From a candidate division CSSED10-310 bacterium (GTDB lineage: Bacteria; CSSED10-310; JAFGJC01), in the NCBI GenBank assembly GCA_016927905.1, contig JAFGLW010000013.1:159810-223809 (forward strand): a DNA stretch of 64,000 bases. The letters are read 5' to 3'. This document shows, in pieces, positions 26,958 to 36,795 of the stretch. Both the position numbers and the translations under genes were made by a program. Every line of letters begins with the position of its first letter. Position 1 is the stretch's first letter. Below the pieces are notes generated by a model. It worked only from the letters and a program-made list of their open reading frames with translations, was not told the DNA's origin and searched no databases.

Positions 26958-29730
26958 ATTCCTGGGCACGATCATGACATCGGGCACCCAGGGCGGAACG
27001 GGATACCTGCTCCTGTCGCACGGAGACATGATCACGGCGCATTATCACGATGAAGACTGCGAGGGCAGCCCCGCGGATGTATACGACACAGCCGATGCGG
27101 ACTGCCAAGCGCCGGTCATCAGCGGTGTCGCCGTGACGGGGATCGGAGTCGAGACCTTCACGGTGACATGGACCACCGACGAGCTGTCCACCAGCATCCT
27201 GACTTGGGGCGACACCGTTCCGCCGGTGAATGTCGAAACCGATCTCATGATGACCACCGACCATGAAATCGTTCTGGAAGGGTTGTCCATGTGCACGGAA
27301 TATTTCTTCAAGGTAGGCAGCACCGATGCCGCGGGGAACACCGGCGAAGACGATAACATGGGCAGCTACTATTCCGTCACCACGCTTCAAGAAATCATCT
27401 TCCTGGAAGTAAACCTGGAAACCAATCCGGGCTGGTCGGTCGAGGGTCAGTGGGCATACGGCCGGCCCACCGGGCAGGGTGGCGCTTACGGTAACCCGGA
27501 TCCGGCGGCCGGATATACCGGCGACAACGTCCTGGGTTACAACCTGAACGGGGACTACCCGAATGACATGCCCGCAACCCTCTATCTGACCACCACGCCG
27601 TTTGACTGCTCCGCAGCCACGGATGAACTGACCTTCGGTTTCTGGGCGTGGCTGGGAGTCGAGCAGAGCGCATACGATCACGCCAATGTAGAGATCAGTG
27701 TGGACAGCGGCAGCAACTGGCAGAGTCTGTGGGAAAACTCCGGCACACTGGAAGGCGGAAATTGGGAGTACTGGGAATTCGATATCGCGGCCGTCGCGGC
27801 GGGACAGCCGGATGTCCGGATCCGCTGGGGAATGGGCCCGACCGACGGCGGCTGGACCTACTGCGGCTGGAACATCGACGACATCAAGGCTTCCTACACT
27901 TCATTTTGTAACGTGCCGCTCCTGGTCCACGACAGCCATGTGATCGACGATTCCGCCGGCAACAACGACGGGCAGATCAACGCCGGCGAAACCATTTCCA
28001 TGCCGGTTACGCTCCGGAACAACGGCGTCGATGCGTTTGACGTGACCGGTGTCCTGACCACGACCAATCCGCACGTCACCATCACCGAGAACACGGCCAA
28101 TTATCCCGACATACCGCAGAGCGGCACCGGGACGTCCCTGACCGATTATGTTTTCACGGTCAGCGAAGAGGCGGTCGACGGGGAGGTGATTCCGTTCACG
28201 ATCGCCTGGAGCACGTCCAATGACGCCATGGGCACCACCGGTTTCAACGAGATGGTGGTGGCACCCGGCCTGATCTTCGAAGCGGTCTACGTGGATGACA
28301 GCGCGGGTGATTCGGACGGGATACTGGATCCAGGCGAAACCGCCCGGTTGATCGTCACCATTCAAAACCTGGGCAACGGCACCGCACATGACATCACGGG
28401 TGTCATGAGTTCCGATCAGCCGGCATACATCACCTTCGACGACGATACGGCCGGGTTCCCGGACCTGGAAAGCGGGCAGTCGGGCGTCAGCATGGATCCG
28501 CATTTCACGTTGACCATCGACGGGTCCATTCCGGACCACACCATGGTGACCTTCACCCTGAATATCGCCGCGCAGGGGTACACGACTTCCGACACATTCA
28601 TGCTGGAAGTGACCACCTCGACATTCTCGCGGCGTTATTTCTGGCCGATGGACTGCGATCCCGGGTGGACCGGGGAAAGTAACTGGGAGTTCGGGACGCC
28701 ACTGGGCAACGAGGGTGACCCGGACGCGGGGTACACCGGTGTCGCGGTTTATGGATACAATCTGGCCGGAGATTACGAGAGCGACATGCCGGAAACAAAC
28801 CTGACTTCCGAAGCGATCGACTGCTCGACCTTGTCCAGTGTGGAGGTGCGGTTCATGCGATGGCTGGGTGTGGAAAGCTCCCAGTACGATCACGCATCGT
28901 TCCGCGTGTCCAGCAACGGCACGTCCTGGCAGACCGTATGGGATCATTCGGGCGCGACTTTCACCGATGACGACTGGGTGCCGATGGAATTTGACATTTC
29001 CGCGGTTGCCGACGGCCAGGCCTCGGTCTACCTGCGCTGGGTGATGGGTACAACCGACTCCTCCCTCACCTACTGCGGGTGGAACATCGACGATGTGGAG
29101 ATCTGGGCGGAGGGAATGGGAATGCCGCCAACCTACACACCACTGCCCCCGACCCGCACCCCGGTTCCGCCCACCGAAACCCCCGTTTCGCCAACGAATA
29201 CACAGGCACCGCCTACCGAAACGCCGATGCCGACCAATTCACCGGTTCCAACCGGCACCCCGGTTCCGCCCACCGAAACCCCCGTCCCGCCGAGTGCGAC
29301 ACACGCTCCGACCGATACTCCGGTCCCGACCAGCACCCCGACCGTGCAGTTTCCCACCGCGACGCCCACCGAGGGTCCCGACCACATCGTTCTGGATCTG
29401 GAACTGAGCGGCGAAATGTTCCGGGCGGGAGACGATTTCCTGCTCACACGGCGGGCCATCAATCCCGGACCCCAGGTGACACTCGACGAGTGGATCATCC
29501 TGGACGTCTACTCCCTGTACTTTTTCTATCCCAGCTGGTCCGAAATACCCGACTACACGGTCACAACTCTGGCACCCTATTCGGACGACACGGTCATTGT
29601 TCTGGAGTTCGCGTGGCCGGAAGGTGAGTTCGGGACGGTGACGGGTCTGCGGTTCTGGGGCGCGTTCGTCGATCCGGTCGTGATGCAGATCGTAGGCGAT
29701 TACGACATGGTCGAATTCGGTTACAACTGA
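26560..29730 (+). CDS. C-terminal part of the same C25 protein: Ig/FN3-like and beta-sandwich repeats, Pro/Thr linker, conserved C-terminal domain
   Basis: Frame resumes at TTC GAC ATC ACG (FDITVRV) after a TTCG duplication; no RBS or signal peptide of its own; duplicated W.G..NWEFG.P.G...DP..GYTG..V.GYNL.GDY...YCGWNIDD domain. Confidence 0.82.
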   Translation, partial: FDITVRVDGTPRAGALAAVSMGGVLLGAAYSDASGVATVHFTPPAPGSALITVTGHNLIPHQQELLITAAGCGVMVLDDSLYNCIDLITIRLWDSDLNLNPGDLDTAEIDIASGSEPTPETVILTEVSPDSGEFLGTIMTSGTQGGTGYLLLSHGDMITAHYHDEDCEGSPADVYDTADADCQAPVISGVAVTGIGVETFTVTWTTDELSTSILTWGDTVPPVNVETDLMMTTDHEIVLEGLSMCTEYFFKVGSTDAAGNTGEDDNMGSYYSVTTLQEIIFLEVNLETNPGWSVEGQWAYGRPTGQGGAYGNPDPAAGYTGDNVLGYNLNGDYPNDMPATLYLTTTPFDCSAATDELTFGFWAWLGVEQSAYDHANVEISVDSGSNWQSLWENSGTLEGGNWEYWEFDIAAVAAGQPDVRIRWGMGPTDGGWTYCGWNIDDIKASYTSFCNVPLLVHDSHVIDDSAGNNDGQINAGETISMPVTLRNNGVDAFDVTGVLTTTNPHVTITENTANYPDIPQSGTGTSLTDYVFTVSEEAVDGEVIPFTIAWSTSNDAMGTTGFNEMVVAPGLIFEAVYVDDSAGDSDGILDPGETARLIVTIQNLGNGTAHDITGVMSSDQPAYITFDDDTAGFPDLESGQSGVSMDPHFTLTIDGSIPDHTMVTFTLNIAAQGYTTSDTFMLEVTTSTFSRRYFWPMDCDPGWTGESNWEFGTPLGNEGDPDAGYTGVAVYGYNLAGDYESDMPETNLTSEAIDCSTLSSVEVRFMRWLGVESSQYDHASFRVSSNGTSWQTVWDHSGATFTDDDWVPMEFDISAVADGQASVYLRWVMGTTDSSLTYCGWNIDDVEIWAEGMGMPPTYTPLPPTRTPVPPTETPVSPTNTQAPPTETPMPTNSPVPTGTPVPPTETPVPPSATHAPTDTPVPTSTPTVQFPTATPTEGPDHIVLDLELSGEMFRAGDDFLLTRRAINPGPQVTLDEWIILDVYSLYFFYPSWSEIPDYTVTTLAPYSDDTVIVLEFAWPEGEFGTVTGLRFWGAFVDPVVMQIVGDYDMVEFGYN
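29120..29376 (+). repeat. Pro/Thr-rich linker of TPVPPTx repeats
   Basis: PPTYTPLPPTRTPVPPTETPVSPTNT...; boundaries approximate. Confidence 0.85.
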
Positions 29731-29750
29731 TCACGGATTAAACTGAGTCA

Positions 29751-29786
29751 AGCGGTCCGGTATTCATGTTCCGGACCGCTTTTTTT
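29751..29786 (+). terminator. Rho-independent terminator after the C25 gene
   Basis: AGCGGTCCGG-10 nt loop-CCGGACCGCT followed by a T tract. Confidence 0.88.
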
Positions 29787-29826
29787 GACACGAATATAAT
29801 TCTAAAAGCAATCTCATTTCGGATTG

Positions 29827-29855
29827 TTGCCCGTCAAAACGGGGACGGCTATAAT
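29827..29855 (+). promoter_or_regulatory. Sigma70-type promoter for the three-gene membrane/TPR/DUF2142-like operon
   Basis: TTGCCC-17 nt-TATAAT. Confidence 0.55.
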
Positions 29856-29893
29856 GCCGCCGTCATGGAGAATTGCGGTTGAATCGGGTCGGA

Positions 29894-30574
29894 ATGCCGG
29901 TCCGGGAGAAAGTCCTGATCTGGCTGCTGGTCGCCGCGCCGTTTCTGGCGGCCGCCGGATACTGGGTTACAAACGGGTTTTCGGCAACGATGATCCGGAA
30001 CACCCGGGTGGGAGCGCCCTGCCCACCGCTGAAGACCGGCGACATCCTGAGCCAGTCCCTCACGGTGCCGGACGGCCGGCTGGACCGGGTCATGCTGCTG
30101 TTCGGAACGTACCGGCGGATCAACCGGGGCCGTGTCCGGGTTTCACTCGCCGGTGATAACAGCCCTTCGGACATCAGAACGGTGGATCTGGACATCAGCC
30201 GGCTGGTCGACAATGAATGGGCGGTGATCGAATTCGGTGATTTCCGTGCCGATCCGGGCAGTGCAGTCACGCTTCAGATCGAAGCGGTGGATGGTTCCGC
30301 GGGGAATGAAATCACCCTGTATCATGACGGTACGGGCCACTATGCGGGTGGTTCCCTGGCCCGTAATGGCGCGCTGCTGCCATTCGACCTGGTATTCCGG
30401 ATTCAACGGGAAGAATACCTGCCCGGCATCGTATCGGCGATCGTGGCGGACCGGGCACCCCGGCACGGCATCCTGCTGGTTTCGATCCTGGGTTTGCTGG
30501 TTTGTGCGGTATCGGTCCTGCTGGGGATCGGTCTGATTGCCATCCGGATGCGTGGGAACGGGGTAACGAAATGA
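29894..30574 (+). CDS. Hypothetical membrane protein: N- and C-terminal TM segments flanking a beta-rich periplasmic domain
   Basis: TM VLIWLLVAAPFLAAAGYW; soluble SQSLTVP...DLVFRI; C-terminal TM. Start uncertain (29873 or 29894). Confidence 0.62.
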   Translation: MPVREKVLIWLLVAAPFLAAAGYWVTNGFSATMIRNTRVGAPCPPLKTGDILSQSLTVPDGRLDRVMLLFGTYRRINRGRVRVSLAGDNSPSDIRTVDLDISRLVDNEWAVIEFGDFRADPGSAVTLQIEAVDGSAGNEITLYHDGTGHYAGGSLARNGALLPFDLVFRIQREEYLPGIVSAIVADRAPRHGILLVSILGLLVCAVSVLLGIGLIAIRMRGNGVTK

Positions 30575-31500
30575 TCCGGTGGATCTGCGAAAACGTTTTG
30601 GCTTTTATCCTGCCGGCCGGGCTGGCGGCAGTTTTCGGATTCACCGTGCGGACTGCCACCGGAATCCTGCCGGAATCCCTCGACCGCGCATGGCACGTCA
30701 CTGGAGCGGCTTTCTGTGAAATCCGTCATGATCATGACGGCGTGATCCGGAACCTGGCGACGGTTCTCCGGAACCGGGATCGAGTGCCGGAAGCAGTTCG
30801 GAGCTGGCACGATGAATCAATGCGCCGGAGCGGGATGCAGAAGCTGATGGAGGGGGATTTCGCAGGGGCTGCGGCGCGGTTCGGGCAATACCTGGAAAGA
30901 CATCCCCGGCATTACCTGGTGACCGTCAACCGGGGGATTGCCCTGCAGAAGCTGGGTGATGTCGAATCGGCCCGTTCGCTGTTCACCCGGGCTGTCGAAC
31001 TGATTCCTGAAAATCACGACGCCTATCTCGCCCGGGGCCACCTGGCGCTGTTCACCGACCGCCTTGAGGAGGCACGGCCGGATTACGAACGGGCTCTGGA
31101 GCGGTCGGGTCGGCTGGGTCCAGTCCGGGTGGATATCGGGGATGCGTTCCGGCTGGCCGGGGACTGGGAAACCGCAAGTACGTTTTACCGGGCCGGTTCC
31201 GCCATGGATCCGATGGATCCGTTCAGCCTGGTCCGGATGGCCGAGACGGCGCTCTATCTGGACGGGGATCGGTTCCGGGCGCGGGAATATCTCGATCTGG
31301 CGGTGAACCTGATTCCCGGCTGGGAATCGGTTCTGCTGCTGAAAGAGCGGATCGGCACCTGGTCGCCCGGGGATGCGCGTCCGTACGTTCCCCTGGTGGT
31401 GATCCCGCCGGGACCCATTGAATCCTGGGAAATGCAGCCCAGCCGGCTGCTGGTGGAGTGGCAGCGACCGGAATGGAGGGGATATGCGGATCACCGGTAG
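30571..31500 (+). CDS. Membrane-anchored tetratricopeptide-repeat protein
   Basis: TPR consensus, e.g. NRGIALQKLGDVESARSLFTRAVELIP; ATGA overlap with the upstream stop. Confidence 0.8.
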   Translation: MIRWICENVLAFILPAGLAAVFGFTVRTATGILPESLDRAWHVTGAAFCEIRHDHDGVIRNLATVLRNRDRVPEAVRSWHDESMRRSGMQKLMEGDFAGAAARFGQYLERHPRHYLVTVNRGIALQKLGDVESARSLFTRAVELIPENHDAYLARGHLALFTDRLEEARPDYERALERSGRLGPVRVDIGDAFRLAGDWETASTFYRAGSAMDPMDPFSLVRMAETALYLDGDRFRAREYLDLAVNLIPGWESVLLLKERIGTWSPGDARPYVPLVVIPPGPIESWEMQPSRLLVEWQRPEWRGYADHR

Positions 31501-32833
31501 AATCTGGCCGTTCATCGCCGCGTATATCTTGGCTGCGCTGCTGATGGTTATATTGACACCCCCGTTCCAGCTGCCCGACGAGCCCACCCATCTGGCGGAA
31601 TGTCTGGATGCCGCGGCGAAACCGGATGAACACCGGGTTATATTGGAAATGGAAATACTGCGGCAGATGGCACGGTACAAATTCTGGCAGTACATCGCGC
31701 TGCCTGAGCCCGAATCGGTTCCGCTGCGTTTTTACGACGCGCCACTGCTTCGAATCCGTCCCACCCAGGCAACCAAGCCGGAACTGTATTTTATTCTGGG
31801 TGGCGGTCTGATCAAATTGTTCCGGATTCATGATTCGGTGATCGCCATGTACCTCCTGCGGATCCTGGGAATCGGGCTGGGTCTGGCGGCCGCACTGATC
31901 CTGGTGTTAACCGCGAAGCTTGCCTGCGAAGACAGTCGGGTACGTTTTCTGGCGGTCGGGACCCTGTTTGTGCCCCAGTTCGTCTATATGTCAGGATCAG
32001 TCAATCCCGCCAACCTGTCCTGGATCGCCGGCGGTCTGATTCTGGCCGGGAGCTTGCAGATAGCCGGATCACCCAGAACCGCAGCGGGTTACGGCCTCAT
32101 CCTGCTGGGCATCGTCCTGGCACTGGCATCCCACCGGGCCGGTCTGATCACACTTCCCGCCGCCGCGGTTGCGTTGATCATCCACCTGGTCCGGTCCCGC
32201 AGGCGGATCGCCGGACTGTCCCGGACCCTGTCTTTATCGATTTCGCTGGGGGCGGGAACGGCGGCTCTGGCTGCCTGGCTGATGGCGGCGGGTTGGTTTC
32301 CAGGTATCGTCAGGGCGGCTGCCGGCCACCTGGCGCGGATGTTCGCAGCTGTTCTGGTCGGGCCGGTGCCGATCTCCCGGTCCCCGGCGTGGTGGCTGCA
32401 CTGTCTGACCGTATTTCACAAGGGTGCCTGGATGGTGTTCGGGTGGTTCGCGGTGTTTGCCCATCCGGCGGTTTACGGGTTCCTGGCCCTGATTTCCATC
32501 GGTGCTCTGGCGGGAACCGCGCTCCTGATCGCCGACCGGTTCCGCCCGGATCGGATGAAACTGCTCGGGACTGCGCAGCTGGCGGTGCTGCTGGCGGCGA
32601 TCGCCGGAGGGTTGTGGTTCGGGGCGGGGCAGTATGCCGTCCGGGGCCAGATCGCCCAGGGTCGGTACATGTTTCCCGCACTGCCTGCATTTGCAGTGCT
32701 CTACGCCGCCGCCTGGATCCGGCTGACTGGAAACCGGACAGGGATCTGGACCGTCCGGGCGGGGATTGCCGTTCTGTGGGCGGTGTTCGTCTGTTCAGTC
32801 ACACTGGTGTTCATCCCGGCGTTCTACCTATAA
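31484..32833 (+). CDS. DUF2142-like polytopic membrane protein (GT-C-like)
   Basis: TPPFQLPDEPTH motif, QGRYMFP motif, about 11 TM segments. Confidence 0.72.
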   Translation: MRITGRIWPFIAAYILAALLMVILTPPFQLPDEPTHLAECLDAAAKPDEHRVILEMEILRQMARYKFWQYIALPEPESVPLRFYDAPLLRIRPTQATKPELYFILGGGLIKLFRIHDSVIAMYLLRILGIGLGLAAALILVLTAKLACEDSRVRFLAVGTLFVPQFVYMSGSVNPANLSWIAGGLILAGSLQIAGSPRTAAGYGLILLGIVLALASHRAGLITLPAAAVALIIHLVRSRRRIAGLSRTLSLSISLGAGTAALAAWLMAAGWFPGIVRAAAGHLARMFAAVLVGPVPISRSPAWWLHCLTVFHKGAWMVFGWFAVFAHPAVYGFLALISIGALAGTALLIADRFRPDRMKLLGTAQLAVLLAAIAGGLWFGAGQYAVRGQIAQGRYMFPALPAFAVLYAAAWIRLTGNRTGIWTVRAGIAVLWAVFVCSVTLVFIPAFYL

Positions 32834-32858
32834 ACCGGAACCGGATACCGGCGGTATA

Positions 32859-34751
32859 TCAGTAGCTGAATTCCACCATGTCGTACTCCCCCATCAGGGT
32901 CATGGTTTCCGGATCCAGAAGCGCACCCCAGAACCGGAGACCGGCTGCGGATCCCCCGACTTCAGGCCAGGTGAAATCGAACACGGTTTCCGTATCGTTG
33001 AATCCCCGGTCCAGATACCGGTTCATGAAATCCAGACTTTCGGTCCATCCCGGCCAGAACCAGAAGGATCCGTAAATATCCAGCAGGATATACTGGGACA
33101 CCGTGCAGCCGGCACCTGTATTGGTAACCCGGCAGGTGAAAATGAATGGATCGCCGGACCTGTAGACCGTCCGATTCAGCTCCAGGTCGATCGCCGGTTC
33201 GGGCGGGCCCGCGGTGGGAGTTGAAGTCGGTGGCGCCGGCGTGGCGGTCGACGGGATCGGGGTATCGGTCGGGGGGACGGGTGTATCGGTCGGGGGAACG
33301 GGCGTATCGGTCGGGGGGACGGGCGTGTATGTGGGGATGGGGGTGTTGGTTGCCGGTGCGGATGTGTTCGTGGGCACGCCGGTGGGAACCGTTGCCGTGG
33401 GCGGAACAGGCGTGGATGTGGGCGGCACCGGCGTTGCTGTGGGCGGGATCGCGGTGTTGGTCGGCACGCCGGTGGGAACCGTTGCCGTGGGCGGAACGGG
33501 CGTGGATGTGGGCGGTACCGGGGTTGAAGTCGGCAAAACGGGCGTGGATGTGGGTGGATTGGATGTGACAGTGGGGGAGGGAGTTGCGGAATGTACCGGC
33601 GTGGGGGTCGGTGTGTTCCCGCCTTCCGGCACCGGGATAAGCTGGGTGACGCAATGGATCGAGCCGCCGCTGGTGATGGAGCTGTCCGAGTTGATGGCGA
33701 CTACCGTCGTTCCCGGCATGGCGGCCTGGTAGACGGAAACTGCGGCGGTGTTCAGCGAGGGGAAGCTGGAATATTCCGGGATCAGAACCGAATCGTTCAC
33801 GATCAGGGAATTGGTGTAGGTATACCAGGTGTATCCGGAATAGGTGCAGTCCACCCGGATGACGGTCAGCCCCCATCCGGCGAAATCGGCGGCGATGGTC
33901 TCCAGAGTGGGATCAAACGTGGGGCTGCTGTCCGCGTTGGCGACCAGAACGGTGTGGTCGTCCAGCAGCTTGGCGATCATGTCGATGTGTCCGGTTCCGT
34001 CGGCGGGGAAATCGGGATATCCCACATAATCCACCACCCGGATCGTGTGCACTCCGAAATAATCCATGATCGCGTCGTGCACTTCCGCCTCGGTCAGATA
34101 ATCGTTCCAATTATAGGTTGCCCGCGTCATGTACAGGATGCCGGTCGTGTCCACCATGACGTTGCCGCCGTCCAGGATCAGCCAATCGCTTCCGGTGCCG
34201 GCGGTGTTGATGGAGTAGCAGTTCATCCCCAGGAAGCCGGCCAGACAGCAGGGCAGGGCGTCATCAAGGGGACGCTGTTGATAACGGCGGTACTGGGAAT
34301 CAACAATTCCCGTCGTTCCGCCCGGCAGGTGGATCCCGAAAGGGCCGTAATCCCGCATCCAGACTGAATTTAATGGGCAGGTGTTGATCTGCATATACAT
34401 TTCAGCCGGGACGCCGGAGATGGATGCGGGTGCGGAACTGCCCGTGCACCAGATTTCCGCCCCGGCCGCGGCGCCGGCCTGGGCGATGGCGGTCAGCATC
34501 GTGGTATACGCCATCCAGCTGATCACTACAGCCTCGGCGGGTTCATACTCGGCCGGCAGATGCGATCCTGCCGGAGGGAGATCCCGGTTGGGATTTTCAT
34601 ACCACTGTTCGGGCGGCAGGGTGACCTCGTTTTCACCCAGCCAGATGGGAAGCGGTTCATCCGCCGGTCCAGCCAGGATCGGGAGGGGAAACACAATCCG
34701 GACCGCCGCGATCGGCAGCAGCGTAAAAATCAGGAGTTTGATTGATTTCAT
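32859..34751 (-). CDS. Secreted agmatine/peptidylarginine deiminase-family enzyme with Pro/Thr linker and conserved C-terminal domain
   Basis: [31 protein letters not shown] (Asp/His/Cys catalytic set); N-terminal signal peptide. Confidence 0.92.
   Translation of the reverse strand: MKSIKLLIFTLLPIAAVRIVFPLPILAGPADEPLPIWLGENEVTLPPEQWYENPNRDLPPAGSHLPAEYEPAEAVVISWMAYTTMLTAIAQAGAAAGAEIWCTGSSAPASISGVPAEMYMQINTCPLNSVWMRDYGPFGIHLPGGTTGIVDSQYRRYQQRPLDDALPCCLAGFLGMNCYSINTAGTGSDWLILDGGNVMVDTTGILYMTRATYNWNDYLTEAEVHDAIMDYFGVHTIRVVDYVGYPDFPADGTGHIDMIAKLLDDHTVLVANADSSPTFDPTLETIAADFAGWGLTVIRVDCTYSGYTWYTYTNSLIVNDSVLIPEYSSFPSLNTAAVSVYQAAMPGTTVVAINSDSSITSGGSIHCVTQLIPVPEGGNTPTPTPVHSATPSPTVTSNPPTSTPVLPTSTPVPPTSTPVPPTATVPTGVPTNTAIPPTATPVPPTSTPVPPTATVPTGVPTNTSAPATNTPIPTYTPVPPTDTPVPPTDTPVPPTDTPIPSTATPAPPTSTPTAGPPEPAIDLELNRTVYRSGDPFIFTCRVTNTGAGCTVSQYILLDIYGSFWFWPGWTESLDFMNRYLDRGFNDTETVFDFTWPEVGGSAAGLRFWGALLDPETMTLMGEYDMVEFSY
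33205..33610 (-). repeat. Pro/Thr-rich linker with an internal duplication ([21 protein letters not shown] twice) and 21-bp units
   Basis: Translation of 32859..34751; near-identical DNA blocks around 33370-33430 and 33460-33520. Confidence 0.85.
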
Positions 34752-34930
34752 GGTATCCTCATTTGGGTGAAAAGAGCCAGATCCAGCGTGCCGGTGTACG
34801 CAAAAATCATACCCTGCCGGCAGGATGAAGGCCTGAATATCCGATCCGGGCGCGACCGCCGGTCGGGTCTTCCCAGTCGCGCCGGATTCCGGGTGAAAAA
34901 CCGGCCGATGAATGCTATCTTCGGCTGGTT

Positions 34931-35698
34931 ATGTACGTTCCGGAGCTATCGGTACTGACCTATCTGATCCTGGCGGCGGCGGCGTTTTTCGGCGGGTGGG
35001 TGGATTCCATCGCCGGGGGCGGGGGCATGATCACGGTTCCCGCGCTGCTGTCTGTGGGGCTGCCGCCGCATTTTGCGCTGGGCACCAACAAGCTCCAGGC
35101 CAGTTTCGGCAGTTTCACCGCTGCGACTAACTATGCCAGCCGGGGTCTCGTGCCGGTGAAACGGGTTGTCGCCGGGATTCTGTTTACGGCTTCGGGATCG
35201 GTTCTGGGCACCCTGGCCATCCAGAGTATTTCAGCGTCCTTTCTGGAACGGCTGCTGCCCGTGATGCTGCTTGTGATCTTCATCTACATGCTGGTGTCGC
35301 CCGAGCTGGGTTCTAAAGACACCACCCGACGGCTGAACGCCGGCATATTCTATTTTCTGTTCGGCACGGCCATCGGGTTTTACGACGGGTTTTTCGGGCC
35401 TGGAACCGGCTCGTTCTGGACCGTGGCGTTCGTAATTCTGCTGGGATTGAACCTGAAAAGCGCGACCGCCCACACCAAGGTGATGAATTTCACCAGCAAC
35501 ATCGTATCACTGGCGGCGTTCATCCCGGGTGGCCACGTCCTGTTCGGGGTGGGCCTGGTCATGGGGGTGTGCCAGGCACTGGGCGCGCGGATCGGTTCTG
35601 CCATGGTGATCCACTACCGAGTCCGGTTCGTCCGGGTGATGTTCACTTTGGTTGTGGGTGCCACCATCGTCAAGCTGCTGGTTTCGCAGTATTTTTAA
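34931..35698 (+). CDS. TSUP family transporter (TauE/SafE/YfcA-like)
   Basis: DSIAGGGGMITVP, ALGTNKLQ, GFYDGFFGPGTGSF. Confidence 0.92.
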   Translation: MYVPELSVLTYLILAAAAFFGGWVDSIAGGGGMITVPALLSVGLPPHFALGTNKLQASFGSFTAATNYASRGLVPVKRVVAGILFTASGSVLGTLAIQSISASFLERLLPVMLLVIFIYMLVSPELGSKDTTRRLNAGIFYFLFGTAIGFYDGFFGPGTGSFWTVAFVILLGLNLKSATAHTKVMNFTSNIVSLAAFIPGGHVLFGVGLVMGVCQALGARIGSAMVIHYRVRFVRVMFTLVVGATIVKLLVSQYF

Positions 35699-35727
35699 GT
35701 TTGTCTCGAGGGTTCAGGAGGTATCGG

Positions 35728-36795
35728 ATGGTCAATCGACATTTTCGTTTTGTTGTGATCGTGGCGGTTCTGGGTTGTGCCGGCTGCGTGATCTCCCCGG
35801 ATCACAAATCTCCGGCGGCAAATCCCGATCTGGACCGGTGTGTTGTTCTGGTGGAAACCGGCGATTATTCCGGAGCGCTGGTTTATTGCCGGGCCGCCGC
35901 CGAAGCCGATCCCATGTCGTTTCCGGCGCATGCCTACCTGGCGCAGGCTCTGTTCGAGTCGGGTGATCCGGCCGGAGCGGAGATGGCGTATGTGCGGGCT
36001 CTTGAAATCGATCCGGACTCGCTCAAGACGCGGATGGAATATGCCGGCGCGCTGGCGGTGCTGGGCAGAACCGATGCGGCGGTGTCTCAGTACCGGGCTG
36101 TTTTGATCCGGAAACCCGATTACGGGGAGGCGATCCTGCGACTGGCGGCCCTTTACCGGGATAGCCTGAATTTCCGCGATGCCGCGTCGCTGTATGAGCA
36201 GGCGGTAAATTTGTTCCCGCAGAACGAATCCCTTGTTTTGATGCTGGGGGAGACTTGCATTGCGGGGGGGCGGACCGGTGCGGCGGCCGCCACTTACCGG
36301 TCCGGTCTGGAACGAAATCCGGAATCGCCCCAACTCCTGGCTGCGCTGGCATCTGCTCTGGAACGCCTGGACGATCTGCCGGGGTCAGCGGCGGAGTACC
36401 GAAAACTGAAGGCGGTCAAACCGGATTACCCGGACGTCGGATATCTGCTGTCCCGGGTGTTTTATATGGGGGACCGGATCAACGAGGCCGCAAAGGAACT
36501 CCGGGAATATCTGAACTCCAATCCCGGATCGGCGAAGGGGCACCTGCTGATGGGCCGGATTCATGAGAAAATGCATGATCCGGTCTCCGCAAAGGCGTCG
36601 TACCTGAGTGCGGTGCGGCTGGATCCGAACAGCGGCGAGGCGCATGTTCTGCTTGGAAATGTGCTGCAGGCCGGGGGGGATGAAGCCGGAGCCATCGCGG
36701 AGTATCGGGCGGCGCTGCGGATTGATCCGGACGACCGCATTGCCAAGCGGAATCTGAAACGGTTAATCGGCGGTTCCGGCCGGGGCTGGGACTGA
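35728..36795 (+). CDS. TPR-repeat lipoprotein
   Basis: AGGAGG RBS; lipobox-like GCAG-C; about 8 TPR units. Confidence 0.82.
   Translation: MVNRHFRFVVIVAVLGCAGCVISPDHKSPAANPDLDRCVVLVETGDYSGALVYCRAAAEADPMSFPAHAYLAQALFESGDPAGAEMAYVRALEIDPDSLKTRMEYAGALAVLGRTDAAVSQYRAVLIRKPDYGEAILRLAALYRDSLNFRDAASLYEQAVNLFPQNESLVLMLGETCIAGGRTGAAAATYRSGLERNPESPQLLAALASALERLDDLPGSAAEYRKLKAVKPDYPDVGYLLSRVFYMGDRINEAAKELREYLNSNPGSAKGHLLMGRIHEKMHDPVSAKASYLSAVRLDPNSGEAHVLLGNVLQAGGDEAGAIAEYRAALRIDPDDRIAKRNLKRLIGGSGRGWD

Noticed and set aside
29865-29882. Mini-ORF MENCG just after the 29827-29855 promoter
   Set aside because: Five codons, no supporting structure; cannot be distinguished from chance.
33205-33610. Regular 21-bp repeats as a possible CRISPR array
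   Set aside because: They are in-frame coding repeats with no unique spacers, and no cas genes are present.
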